Source: Calditrichales bacterium
GTDB taxonomy: Bacteria > Calditrichota > Calditrichia > Calditrichales > J004
DNA: 64,000 bases
NCBI GenBank assembly: GCA_965267575.1
Contig: OZ254086.1
Coordinates: forward strand, 3,648,001 to 3,712,000
Reading direction: 5' to 3'
A program made the translations under genes and the position numbers. Of the stretch, positions 38,851 through 48,031 are shown one piece after another (position 1 is the stretch's first letter; each line of letters begins with the position of its first letter). Under the pieces are notes generated by a model. It saw only the letters and a list, made by a program, of their open reading frames with translations. It did not search any database and was not told the origin of the DNA.

Positions 38851-39717
38851 ATGCTGGAAACCATAGGCAAAGATATGACAACTCTGAAAGACACGCGGAA
38901 ACAACCTGAAATCATCGCCATAACGAGCGGCAAAGGCGGTGTCGGCAAATCATCGCTCAGTATAAATACGGCGCTGGTTTTCCGCCAGATGCGTAAGCGG
39001 GTGTTGCTGATCGATGCGGACATTCATCTGGGAAATGTAGACCTGCTTTTGGGAATGCGCACCGTTAACACGCTGGAAGATCTGCTCAAGGAAGGCATGG
39101 ATATCCGTGATATCATTGTGGAGGGGCCCGGACAACTTGACGTTTTGCCGGCCTCTTCGGCGTCCATGAAAATGCTGGAAATGGAAGATATTCTGCTGAA
39201 AAAACTGGCCGCTGCATTCAGAAAAATAGAATCCAATTACGATTATGTAATTGTAGATACCGGTGCGGGCGTCGCTCAGACAGTTCTTTCATTTTTGCTT
39301 GGCGCGGACAAAATCGTCCTGGTCATTACATCGGATCCAGCCTCCATTGCCGATGCCTATGCCGTGATAAAGATCGTTAAGACAATGGATGCCGAGATAC
39401 CGGTTCTGGTAGTGCCCAACCAGGTAAACGCCCACGAAGAAGGGGAAGTGCTTTACAAGAAGCTCAATTTGATGGTAAGAAAATTTTTGAAATGTGAAAT
39501 CGAATATGCCGGGTCGGTGCTCAAAGATGAGCTGATCGCTAAATCGGTAAAGATCCAGAAGCCTTTTGTGCTGCACAATCCCAACTCGGCGGCGGCCAAC
39601 ACGATGCGACTGTTTACGCGCCAGCTATTGCAGCTTACACCTAAAACAGCCCGCGACAAAAGGAATGTGTTCGATCGTTTTATTGTAAATAAGAAAAGGA
39701 ATTTTGAATGGGATTAA
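38851..39717 (+). CDS. flhG: MinD-like ATPase FlhG/FleN
   Basis: SGKGGVGKS, DADIHLGN, VDTGAG and DAYAVIK. Confidence 0.92.
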   Translation: MLETIGKDMTTLKDTRKQPEIIAITSGKGGVGKSSLSINTALVFRQMRKRVLLIDADIHLGNVDLLLGMRTVNTLEDLLKEGMDIRDIIVEGPGQLDVLPASSASMKMLEMEDILLKKLAAAFRKIESNYDYVIVDTGAGVAQTVLSFLLGADKIVLVITSDPASIADAYAVIKIVKTMDAEIPVLVVPNQVNAHEEGEVLYKKLNLMVRKFLKCEIEYAGSVLKDELIAKSVKIQKPFVLHNPNSAAANTMRLFTRQLLQLTPKTARDKRNVFDRFIVNKKRNFEWD

Positions 39718-40028
39718 TGCAGAAATTCCTGATAAATTTTTCGGTGTTTGCGGGAGCAATCGCCCTGATCACCGCCCTTATAAACGGGGTTAGCATTGGC
39801 ACGGGACTGTTCCGCGCCGGGCTGGTTTTCCTCGGAACGATGCTCCTGTTTATAGTTGCCCTACATACAATCCGCTGGGCAATCATTGCTACAACGATTG
39901 TTGATTTTAAAACGGCAAAAAACAACGAAAACGGTTTTCAAAAAGACAGCGCAACAGACCAGCTAAAGGGAGATGATGATAAAGCCCGGCTGGCGGAAGA
40001 AACGCAAAAAGACCAGGGGACTAAATAA
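39708..40028 (+). CDS. Hypothetical two-TM membrane protein
   Basis: Two hydrophobic helices; overlaps the flhG stop and precedes fliA. Confidence 0.6.
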   Translation: MGLMQKFLINFSVFAGAIALITALINGVSIGTGLFRAGLVFLGTMLLFIVALHTIRWAIIATTIVDFKTAKNNENGFQKDSATDQLKGDDDKARLAEETQKDQGTK

Positions 40029-40042
40029 TCGCAACGGTTAGT

Positions 40043-40807
40043 ATGTCAGGACGCGCGGATACGTTAAGTAATAACGGCGAAGATCTGGTAAAAGACTTCG
40101 TTCGGAGCGGTAACCCGACGCTTAAGGATCAGATCGTAAGAGTCTACTCCCCGCTGATCAAGCATATTGTGGGACGCTTCAATCTGAAGCATTCTTCCAC
40201 GCTCAGCGAAGACGATCTTTTTCAGTACGGCATTCTGGGATTGCTAAAAGCCCTGGAACGTTTTGATCCCGAACAGGGCGTTCCGTTCAAGGCTTTTGTT
40301 TATAAGCGCATCCAGGGCGAGGTGATCGACGCCATGCGTCGAGAAGGACTGATTGGCCGTGATATGTATGAGAAAATAAAAAAGCTTGAGAAATGCGTAA
40401 AAGACCTGGGTAGCCAATTGGGACGCGAACCGGGTGTTTACGAGATCTGCCGCGAAATGGCCATAACCGAAAGCGAATACTATGATCTGCTGAATACATC
40501 GCAGATGGTCTATACAACATCGCTGGACACCAAAATTACCGATGATGAAGGTTCAGCGGTCTACAGGGTGGATATGATACAGGATGACTCGCAACTGAGT
40601 CCGGAGGATTTGATGACGCAGAAAAATCTGAAGACACGACTAAAGGCGATAATAAACAGCCTGCCGGAACGGGAACGCCTTATTCTGGCGCTCTATTTTT
40701 ACGAGGAGTTGATTCTGGCTGACATTGCCCGCATTATGAGCCTCAGCGAAGCACGCATTTCACAGATATTAAATAAAACCTTGTTGGACATAAGGACGAA
40801 GTTTTAA
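40043..40807 (+). CDS. fliA: RNA polymerase sigma28 factor FliA/WhiG
   Basis: DDLFQYGILGLLKALERFDP, RIQGEVID and LPERERLILALYFYEEL...SEARISQI. Confidence 0.92.
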   Translation: MSGRADTLSNNGEDLVKDFVRSGNPTLKDQIVRVYSPLIKHIVGRFNLKHSSTLSEDDLFQYGILGLLKALERFDPEQGVPFKAFVYKRIQGEVIDAMRREGLIGRDMYEKIKKLEKCVKDLGSQLGREPGVYEICREMAITESEYYDLLNTSQMVYTTSLDTKITDDEGSAVYRVDMIQDDSQLSPEDLMTQKNLKTRLKAIINSLPERERLILALYFYEELILADIARIMSLSEARISQILNKTLLDIRTKF

Positions 40808-41178
40808 TGGATAAGCCTATTTCCAATATATCGGGAAGCGCAAAGGATAGCTTCCGGCCGCACGACAGGGAGGGCCGGCAACAGGGTCGTTCTCATGCCG
40901 ACGCCAATGTTTACTATGTGGAGACTGATCCCGGACCGCTGAAAAAGCGGCTTAATAAGGGTGACAGGATTAAATCGCGCATCGTTTTGATCCTTGATGA
41001 TGAACGCTATCTGCTGCGCCTGTTCGGATACAATTTTGTCATGCAGTCGCAACTTAAGTTTGAACGCGGAGAAGAGGTTATGCTGTGTGTGGATGAAACC
41101 GATCCCAGACTTAAGCTGCAATTGCAGAGGCACAAGGAAAACCGGGCAAAGCCGGGAAGCACGGATATCACCGTTTAG
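40807..41178 (+). CDS. Hypothetical protein, small beta-rich domain
   Basis: TAATG coupling to fliA; abuts the next gene. Confidence 0.6.
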   Translation: MDKPISNISGSAKDSFRPHDREGRQQGRSHADANVYYVETDPGPLKKRLNKGDRIKSRIVLILDDERYLLRLFGYNFVMQSQLKFERGEEVMLCVDETDPRLKLQLQRHKENRAKPGSTDITV

Positions 41179-42348
41179 ATGGGAAAAACAATGAATACGG
41201 CCACAAAGCAACCGACCCTTCAGGATTATACGACAACCATCACCATCCTGGAGCACATCTCCGACGCCATTTTTATACTGAGCGCGCGCGGCATGGTGGA
41301 GTATGCCAATACCAGCGCCCTTAACCTGCTGGGGTATGAGCTGGGCCAGATCATTGGTAAAAACCTGGCGGACTACCTGTTGCATGAAGATGGCGCTGCC
41401 GCTATTCATGAGATGCTTACGCGCGAAACGATAGAAGAAATGGAAACCGAACTGATCGGGAAACATTACGCGGTTCCCGTTTTGCTGAATTTCGGCGTTG
41501 TGCGCAGCAGCCGCGGAGGCGTGAGCTATATTATAGCTTCCGCGCGGGATATTTCCTGGCGCAAGGAAATGGAGCGCACCACCAACCAGAAACGCATCCT
41601 CGCCTTATCTCGCGACCATTATCGTGAAATGGGCGAACTGGCGGTTAACATGGTACATAATCTGGGTCAACCGCTCACATCGGTGCGTTTAAAGCTGGAG
41701 CTGGCGCAAAAACAGGTGAAGGCGGAACAACCGGATATCGGTAAAGTGGCGCGGCACCTGGAAAAGATCAATCAGCTTCTGGATGGCATTCAATCGACGG
41801 TGGAAGATGTCCGGCAGTTTGCCAGCCAAACCGAAGACGAATCTTACAAGCCGGTAAATATTGGACAGATAGTAGATAACGCGCAGGCACAGCTAAGTTA
41901 CGAGTTCACTGAAAATAACGTGGAGTGCGAGGTTGCCGGCTGCGAAGATACGCACATGATCCTGGCCAACCCGATTACGCTGCAGCAAGTGTTTGTAACA
42001 TTGCTGCGGGTTCAGCTGCGTTTCTGGGAAGGACAGGCGGTCAAGAGCGCCAGCCAGAAAATCCGCATTCGCTTTGAGGAAGAAAACGGAAAATGGCTAT
42101 GTATTTACTTTGAGCCGCTTTCTCCCGCCAAGGGTAAGCAGGCAAGCCAGGAAACATCTTTCAAGGGCGACGACAGTCTTCACCTTATAGATATGCAGGT
42201 CGTACAGCTTATAAGTGAGACGCTGGGTGGTGATTTTAAATGGGAGGTGACCAAAAACCGGCCGACGTTCCGTTTACGCTTCCCTTTGGACCAGCATGAC
42301 GAACGCGAGCAACTGCGCAATCTTATTGAGCTTTTTCACGACAAATAA
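41179..42348 (+). CDS. PAS-domain histidine-kinase-like protein with degenerate ATP-binding domain
   Basis: PAS (ISDAIFIL...YANTSALNLLGY...ARDISWRK) and H-box VHNLGQPL; N, G1 and G2 boxes not recognisable. Confidence 0.75.
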   Translation: MGKTMNTATKQPTLQDYTTTITILEHISDAIFILSARGMVEYANTSALNLLGYELGQIIGKNLADYLLHEDGAAAIHEMLTRETIEEMETELIGKHYAVPVLLNFGVVRSSRGGVSYIIASARDISWRKEMERTTNQKRILALSRDHYREMGELAVNMVHNLGQPLTSVRLKLELAQKQVKAEQPDIGKVARHLEKINQLLDGIQSTVEDVRQFASQTEDESYKPVNIGQIVDNAQAQLSYEFTENNVECEVAGCEDTHMILANPITLQQVFVTLLRVQLRFWEGQAVKSASQKIRIRFEEENGKWLCIYFEPLSPAKGKQASQETSFKGDDSLHLIDMQVVQLISETLGGDFKWEVTKNRPTFRLRFPLDQHDEREQLRNLIELFHDK

Positions 42349-42369
42349 CACCAGCCGCCTATCCGCACC

Positions 42370-42396
42370 TTAAGCCCTCAGCACGCAATCCGATTA
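42370..42396 (+). promoter_or_regulatory. Possible sigma28 promoter upstream of the M23 peptidase gene
   Basis: TTAA-N15-TCCGATTA compared with the consensus TAAA-N15-GCCGATAA. Confidence 0.4.
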
Positions 42397-42430
42397 TTAT
42401 ATCAATATGTAACAAAGCAATATTAAGGTT

Positions 42431-43873
42431 ATGAAAGCGATAAAGAGTTTTTTTATTTACAAATCTGATAACAACAAAAATGTTAAACTTTATGCCCTGG
42501 CAATTCCGGTCTTATTATTGATCGTATCCTCGCTGTATTCACCGGATATTTTCCACGCCCTGGGGTTGTCACCTCAACATGCGTTGGACAAGATGGTGGC
42601 TGAAAACCGCACCGCAATACGGCAGCGTGCGCTGGAACTGGCACGTCCGGCTTTATTTGAAACATTCGGCGTGAAAGGGCAGGATACGCTTTACGCAAAG
42701 CTAATCCATCATTACAACCACGATTTTTACGGCCGCGGATACGGGCTTTCCACAGCGGCGGAAAAAATGCTTCTGGCCGCCATCGCCTGCCGGGCTTTTG
42801 ATCGCGAAGATCTGTGCGGTCTCTCGCGGCTATTCGGCGGTGACTCGGTGCAGACATTGAGAGAATGGCTTCTTTTGAAAACCGGCGGCACCCCCAAAAA
42901 CAACCCCTATTTCAACCCGGTTTATCAGCAATTACAAAATCAGATAGCTGAATTGCAGCAAAAGTTGCAGGCTGCTTTATCTCCGCAGTTTTCGGACAGG
43001 CAAAAACGGGATATGCTTGCTTCGGTGACAGTGGAACAGCACGTTAAGGCCGACTCTGCCATTAGCGTGCTGGCGCATGCCCTGCTAAAAGCCGGCGGCC
43101 TTAATGATACCCTGGTGACAATCTACAAACGGTATTATGAGAAGCGCCAGGAACTGAACATACGTCTTGGACTGTTTCATATTTTTCTTTCCTATGAATA
43201 TAATGCCCGCAATAAAGAGCAGGTTTTTGCCTGGCTGCTGGCCGACCATGACGGGCTGGAATACTACAAATACAACCGCTATAAACGCGAACGCTACTTT
43301 CCGGACAGAACATGGCTGGTCACACAGGTTGAACCTCTTTTGCCCCTGGCCGCGCAATATGACAACCTTTTTGACGGACTGGGCTTAAACGACCGTGAAA
43401 TACAGCTATACAACCCCTTGCGCCGGGAGCTGGTGGCCAAGACCGTAGGCAGCTTTGGTGCACGCCGCAAGAACAAATGGGGCAGGGTCTACAAACACAA
43501 AGGCCTGGACCTTGTAGCCGATGAAGGAACACCCGTATTTCCCGTGCGGGATGGTTTCGTGGAGTATGTCGGAAATAAACGCAATGGTCACGGCAACCAT
43601 ATCCGCATTCGTCACGACAACAAAGTCGTCTCGCTGTATTCACATCTGCGCAATGACCGTTTATGGCAGCAAACGCTTCAGCGCTATCGTGACCAGGGCT
43701 CTTTCTGGATAACAGCTCAGGAGCCGATAGCTACGGTTGGCACAACCGGTAATATCCCCAAGTATGATGCGCAATACGGTTATGCCCATCTGCATCTGGA
43801 GGTTATAGTCGGCGGCAAATGGCAGAATCCGGCCTACTTTTTTGATACGCCGCTGACCGTCGTGGCCGAATAG
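42431..43873 (+). CDS. M23 family metallopeptidase with N-terminal anchor
   Basis: HKGLD (HxxxD), YSHL, GTTGN and HLHLEV (HxH); N-terminal hydrophobic segment. Confidence 0.85.
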   Translation: MKAIKSFFIYKSDNNKNVKLYALAIPVLLLIVSSLYSPDIFHALGLSPQHALDKMVAENRTAIRQRALELARPALFETFGVKGQDTLYAKLIHHYNHDFYGRGYGLSTAAEKMLLAAIACRAFDREDLCGLSRLFGGDSVQTLREWLLLKTGGTPKNNPYFNPVYQQLQNQIAELQQKLQAALSPQFSDRQKRDMLASVTVEQHVKADSAISVLAHALLKAGGLNDTLVTIYKRYYEKRQELNIRLGLFHIFLSYEYNARNKEQVFAWLLADHDGLEYYKYNRYKRERYFPDRTWLVTQVEPLLPLAAQYDNLFDGLGLNDREIQLYNPLRRELVAKTVGSFGARRKNKWGRVYKHKGLDLVADEGTPVFPVRDGFVEYVGNKRNGHGNHIRIRHDNKVVSLYSHLRNDRLWQQTLQRYRDQGSFWITAQEPIATVGTTGNIPKYDAQYGYAHLHLEVIVGGKWQNPAYFFDTPLTVVAE

Positions 43874-43878
43874 CTGCG

Positions 43879-43911
43879 GGCAAAATATTCCTCAAGGCGG
43901 AAAATTCTTCT
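43879..43911. promoter_or_regulatory. Tandem enhancer (UAS) boxes upstream of flgF
   Basis: GGCAAAATATTCC (43879) and GGAAAATTCTTCT (43899). Confidence 0.6.
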
Positions 43912-44011
43912 TCAGGCAGAGCTTTCGCATGGTACAGGATGACTTTAAGCCTGCTTCTTTTATTTATCTAATTGGTTGTTTTTACTTGTCTTAAGTGATT
44001 ATCTCATCCTC

Positions 44012-44026
44012 TGGCACCATAATTGC
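44012..44026 (+). promoter_or_regulatory. Sigma54 promoter of the flgF operon
   Basis: TGGCAC-CATAA-TTGC is an exact match to the consensus. Confidence 0.85.
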
Positions 44027-44068
44027 AAAATGACCGCGTAAACGTGTGCCAAATGGAGTTGAACGGTC

Positions 44069-44788
44069 ATGATTCAATTAAACCTTACCAAACTGAAACA
44101 AGCCATGATGGGGCAGATGGACCGCACCAACGTGACGTCCAATAATCTTGCCAACATCAACACCAGCGGTTTTAAGCGCGACGAAATATTTTTTCACACG
44201 CTTTCCGAAGAACTGGACCTGTCTGAAGATATAACCCAAAGCGTTGATTTTAGCCAGGGTCAGCTGCGCGAAACGGGCAACCCGCTTGATATCGCTATTT
44301 CAGGGCGTGGCTTTTTTAGCGTGGAGACAGAAAACGGCGACGTTGCCTATACGCGTGAAGGATCCCTGCATGTGGATGGTGACGGCACACTGCGCAACCA
44401 GTCGGGACTACCGGTTCTGGGTGAAGGCGGCTGGATAAACGTACTTACCGAATTTGGCGCCCCTTCCGAGATCAGCATCACCGAGAAGGGCGAAGTCTAC
44501 GGCGATGGCGCGCTTATGGACCGCATCGTTGTTGTGGATTTTGAAGGCAAAAACGCCTTGCGCAAACTGGGCGGTAATCTGTTCAGCAAAAATGAAGAAG
44601 CGCTAGAATTCCAGGTAGAAGACGCGCAGGTCAAACAGGGCTTCCTGGAATCTTCCAATGTGAACCCGGCCAATGAGATGATCGAACTGATCGAGATACA
44701 GCGGGAATTCGAGAGCATGCAGAAGATGGTGCGCGCGCTGGATGACGTATACCGTCAGGCTGTTTCACAGGTGGGTGAATACAGGTAA
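44069..44788 (+). CDS. flgF: Flagellar rod protein FlgF
   Basis: SNNLANINTSGFK, TGNPLDIAI and GFLESSNVN; first of two rod paralogues. Confidence 0.85.
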   Translation: MIQLNLTKLKQAMMGQMDRTNVTSNNLANINTSGFKRDEIFFHTLSEELDLSEDITQSVDFSQGQLRETGNPLDIAISGRGFFSVETENGDVAYTREGSLHVDGDGTLRNQSGLPVLGEGGWINVLTEFGAPSEISITEKGEVYGDGALMDRIVVVDFEGKNALRKLGGNLFSKNEEALEFQVEDAQVKQGFLESSNVNPANEMIELIEIQREFESMQKMVRALDDVYRQAVSQVGEYR

Positions 44789-44803
44789 AAAGAGGAGTGT
44801 AAT

Positions 44804-45589
44804 ATGAGAGCATTAAAGACCGCCGCGCTGGGCATGACGGCGCAACAACTTAACGTGGACGTTATCGCCAACAACCTGGCCAACGTCAACACAACCGGTT
44901 ACAAGAAAAGCGCCATAGAGTTTCAGGATCTGCTGTATGAAAAAATGCAGACCGGAAATCGTGACGGCGAAAAAGGCCGTGAAAAGCCGGCCGCCATCGA
45001 AATAGGTTTGGGTAACAGGGCTATTTCCACCTATCGCTCGTTTTCCGAAGGGACCATCCAGGAGACCGGAAATTCTCTTGACGTGGCCATCAACGGCAAA
45101 GGCTTTTTGCAGGTGGAGCTTCCGGACGGCAGCCTGGCATACACACGCGACGGTGCCATGAAGGTCAATTCATTCGGCTACCTGGTGAACAATTCAGGCC
45201 TAAAGATCATGCCGGAGATTACCATACCTGAAAATACCAAGGGCATTCAGATAAACCAGGACGGCGTCGTGGCTGTATTGCTGAACGGCGAGACAGAGCC
45301 GCAGGAACTTGGACAGATCGAGCTGGCCACTTTCATGAATCCGGCCGGATTGGAAGCGCAGGGCGGCAACCTGTTTATGGCCACACAAGCTTCCGGGGAC
45401 GCGGTGTTCGGTACTCCCGGTGAAGACGGCATGGGGCTTCTGGTGCAGGGCTACCTGGAAAAGTCTAACGTGGACGTCGCTCAGGAGATGATCAACCTGA
45501 TTGTGGCCCAGCGTGCTTATGAGATTAACTCCAAAGCCGTAAAAACCGCCGATGAACTCATGTCCATGGCAAACAACCTTAAACGTTAA
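44804..45589 (+). CDS. flgG: Flagellar distal rod protein FlgG
   Basis: GMTAQQLNVDVIANNLANVNT, FQDLLY and AQRAYEINSK. Confidence 0.95.
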   Translation: MRALKTAALGMTAQQLNVDVIANNLANVNTTGYKKSAIEFQDLLYEKMQTGNRDGEKGREKPAAIEIGLGNRAISTYRSFSEGTIQETGNSLDVAINGKGFLQVELPDGSLAYTRDGAMKVNSFGYLVNNSGLKIMPEITIPENTKGIQINQDGVVAVLLNGETEPQELGQIELATFMNPAGLEAQGGNLFMATQASGDAVFGTPGEDGMGLLVQGYLEKSNVDVAQEMINLIVAQRAYEINSKAVKTADELMSMANNLKR

Positions 45590-45590
45590 A

Positions 45591-46289
45591 ATGAAGAATT
45601 TCCGCCTTTTTTCGATCGTTACGCTGCTTTTGTTTGCGCCGCTGCTTCTGCACGCTGTAGAGGTGGCGGATATTCACAATAAGGTAACGCACTTTTTCAG
45701 CAAAGGCCTGGATGTAGAGCGGTCAGCGCTGGTTGTAACGCTAAAGCATCTGCCGGACGATCTGCACGCCATCGACGCCGCGGAAATTTATGTCTATTCA
45801 CAAAAAAGAAATTTGGATGCCGGCTACCAGACGGTGTGGGTCAAGCTTATCCGGGAAGGCCAGCTTCTGAAAAAATTCCCGGTCAGCGTAAATATTAGCG
45901 TGGAAAAGCAGGTTTTTGTGGCCGCCCGAAAGATCGGCTACGGGGATGTTATTCGTGAGGATATGCTTGTTTTGGAAAAACGGCGCCTTGGGGACGATTT
46001 CCGCGCCCATTTCAGCGACATGCGGCAATTGGCTAATTGTGAGAGCAAGCTGACGATTAAGCCGGGTACCGTGCTTACCCGCCGCATGATTCGAAGCGTC
46101 CCGGCCGTACATCGCGGTCGCCAGGTGAATGTGGAGATACGGGCCGGCCAACTCTCGGTAAGCACGCACGGCAAAGCCAAAAGCGACGGCTATATCGGCG
46201 ATGATGTGCGGGTTGTGTTGAGCGAAACCGGTAAGATTATCCGCGGCGAAATCGTCGCGGAAAACAATATTGTGGTTATTCAGGAGTAA
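45591..46289 (+). CDS. flgA: P-ring chaperone FlgA
   Basis: Signal peptide, SAF domain (VAARKIGYGDVI) and VHRGRQV...GKAKSDGYIGD. Confidence 0.85.
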   Translation: MKNFRLFSIVTLLLFAPLLLHAVEVADIHNKVTHFFSKGLDVERSALVVTLKHLPDDLHAIDAAEIYVYSQKRNLDAGYQTVWVKLIREGQLLKKFPVSVNISVEKQVFVAARKIGYGDVIREDMLVLEKRRLGDDFRAHFSDMRQLANCESKLTIKPGTVLTRRMIRSVPAVHRGRQVNVEIRAGQLSVSTHGKAKSDGYIGDDVRVVLSETGKIIRGEIVAENNIVVIQE

Positions 46290-46293
46290 TGAA

Positions 46294-46890
46294 ATGAAAA
46301 GGGTCATCCTATTTACGTTTTTTCTATGGGCGGCGGCGCAGGCGCAGATGTCGCTCTACTCGGACTTCAAGGCGCGGCAGATCGGTGACGTGCTGCAGGT
46401 GATCATTGTGGAAAATGCCAATGCCACGCGCGAATCAAAGACGTCGTCTAAATCCAACAGCGATTTTGACATGAACGCGTCGACGTCGGGCAATGTGGCT
46501 GATTTTCTGCCTTTGTTTGGTGGCAGCAGCTCGCTTTCCACCAACTATAACGGCGGGGATGAAACCGAGCAAAGCGAAAGGCTGAGCGGCCGTATCACGG
46601 TGCGGATCATGGAAGTAAGCGAGGGCGGCACGTACCGCATTGAAGGTGAGCGTTCGCTCGAGGTAAACGGTGAAGAGAACGTCATGAAGCTGACCGGTTT
46701 TATCCGCGGGCGCGATATCACCTCTGAAAACGCCGTTTTCTCCTATAACGTGGCCGACGCTGAAATCACCTATAAAAAGGGCGGCATTACCAACGCCGTT
46801 AATCAGGGTTTCTTCAGCAACATCTTTACGCGTGTCGTCGGTCTGGCAATGATCGCCGCTGCGCTGGGCTATCTGGCTTTGGGAGGCTGA
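46294..46890 (+). CDS. flgH: Flagellar L-ring protein FlgH (no lipobox)
   Basis: SLYSDFKARQIGDVLQVIIVE, IEGERSLEVNGE and VADAEITY; lies between flgA and flgI. Confidence 0.9.
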   Translation: MKRVILFTFFLWAAAQAQMSLYSDFKARQIGDVLQVIIVENANATRESKTSSKSNSDFDMNASTSGNVADFLPLFGGSSSLSTNYNGGDETEQSERLSGRITVRIMEVSEGGTYRIEGERSLEVNGEENVMKLTGFIRGRDITSENAVFSYNVADAEITYKKGGITNAVNQGFFSNIFTRVVGLAMIAAALGYLALGG

Positions 46891-46891
46891 A

Positions 46892-48016
46892 ATGAAGCGG
46901 ATAACAAAATCTTTTCTTTTGTCGCTGGTAGGCTTTTCACTGCTAACCGGGCAGGTACGCATCAAGGATATTGTGACCGTTGAAAACGGCGTGCAGACTT
47001 CCCTGATCGGCTATGGGCTGGTAATTGGTCTGGACGGCAGCGGGGACCGCTCATCCGGTAACCGAGGGGCCGTTTTTACCATTCAAACGATCAGCAACAT
47101 GTTGGAACGTTTTGGCATAACTGTGCCCAAGGAACAGCTGCGAACACGCAACGCCGCGGCCGTAATGGTCACGGCAACCGTTGAGCCGTTCAGCACGGTA
47201 GGCACGCAGTTCGATGTGGTTGTTTCGTCGCTGGGTGATGCCAGCAGTCTCGAAGGCGGGGTATTGCTCATGGCGCCGCTGCTTGATCCATACGGCCAGC
47301 AATATGGCATGGCGCAGGGGCCCGTCTCCATCGGCGGATACAACGTTGAGACGCGTGCAGGGGAGAAATTACGCAAGAATCACGCTTTGGTCGGGCGCGT
47401 TCCGTCCGGTGGAATTTTGACATCATTACCGCCCAATCAGAATCTCGATACCTCAAAGCCAATCAAATTGTTTTTACTGGAGCCGGATTTTGCCACGGCC
47501 AACAGCATCGCAACAGCCATTAACCAAAATCAGAATAACGCGGACGCGGCCAGAGCGGTCAGTCCGGGCGTAGTGGAACTGACCATGCCGGACAGCCTGA
47601 ATTCGCCGTATATGGCCGTGGGCTACATCGCTGAACTGGAAAAACTGACCGTGGATGCGGATGTGGAAGCACGCGTCGTTATAAATGAACGTACCGGTAC
47701 CATCGTGGCCGGCGGAACCGTGCGCATTGATGAAGTGCTGATTTCACACGGCAATCTCACCATCCACACACGCAGCGCGCCGATCATTTCGCAGCCACAG
47801 GCTTTTAGCAGCGGCGGACAAACCGTAGTGGCGGAAGTTACCAATACAACGGCGGAAGAAGAAGATGCCACCACGGCGGTTATCCGCGAAACAACCACGG
47901 TAACGGACCTGGCCCTGGCCCTGAACACGATCGGCCTAAAACCACGTGATATTATTGCTGTTTTCCAGGCGATAAAGCAGGCCGGGGCGTTACGCGCACG
48001 GCTGATCATTAATTAA
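46892..48016 (+). CDS. flgI: Flagellar P-ring protein FlgI
   Basis: RIKDI, LIGYGLVIGLDGSGD, NAAAVMVTA and VVINERTGTIV. Confidence 0.96.
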   Translation: MKRITKSFLLSLVGFSLLTGQVRIKDIVTVENGVQTSLIGYGLVIGLDGSGDRSSGNRGAVFTIQTISNMLERFGITVPKEQLRTRNAAAVMVTATVEPFSTVGTQFDVVVSSLGDASSLEGGVLLMAPLLDPYGQQYGMAQGPVSIGGYNVETRAGEKLRKNHALVGRVPSGGILTSLPPNQNLDTSKPIKLFLLEPDFATANSIATAINQNQNNADAARAVSPGVVELTMPDSLNSPYMAVGYIAELEKLTVDADVEARVVINERTGTIVAGGTVRIDEVLISHGNLTIHTRSAPIISQPQAFSSGGQTVVAEVTNTTAEEEDATTAVIRETTTVTDLALALNTIGLKPRDIIAVFQAIKQAGALRARLIIN

Positions 48017-48031
48017 TAAAGGGATAAGCTG

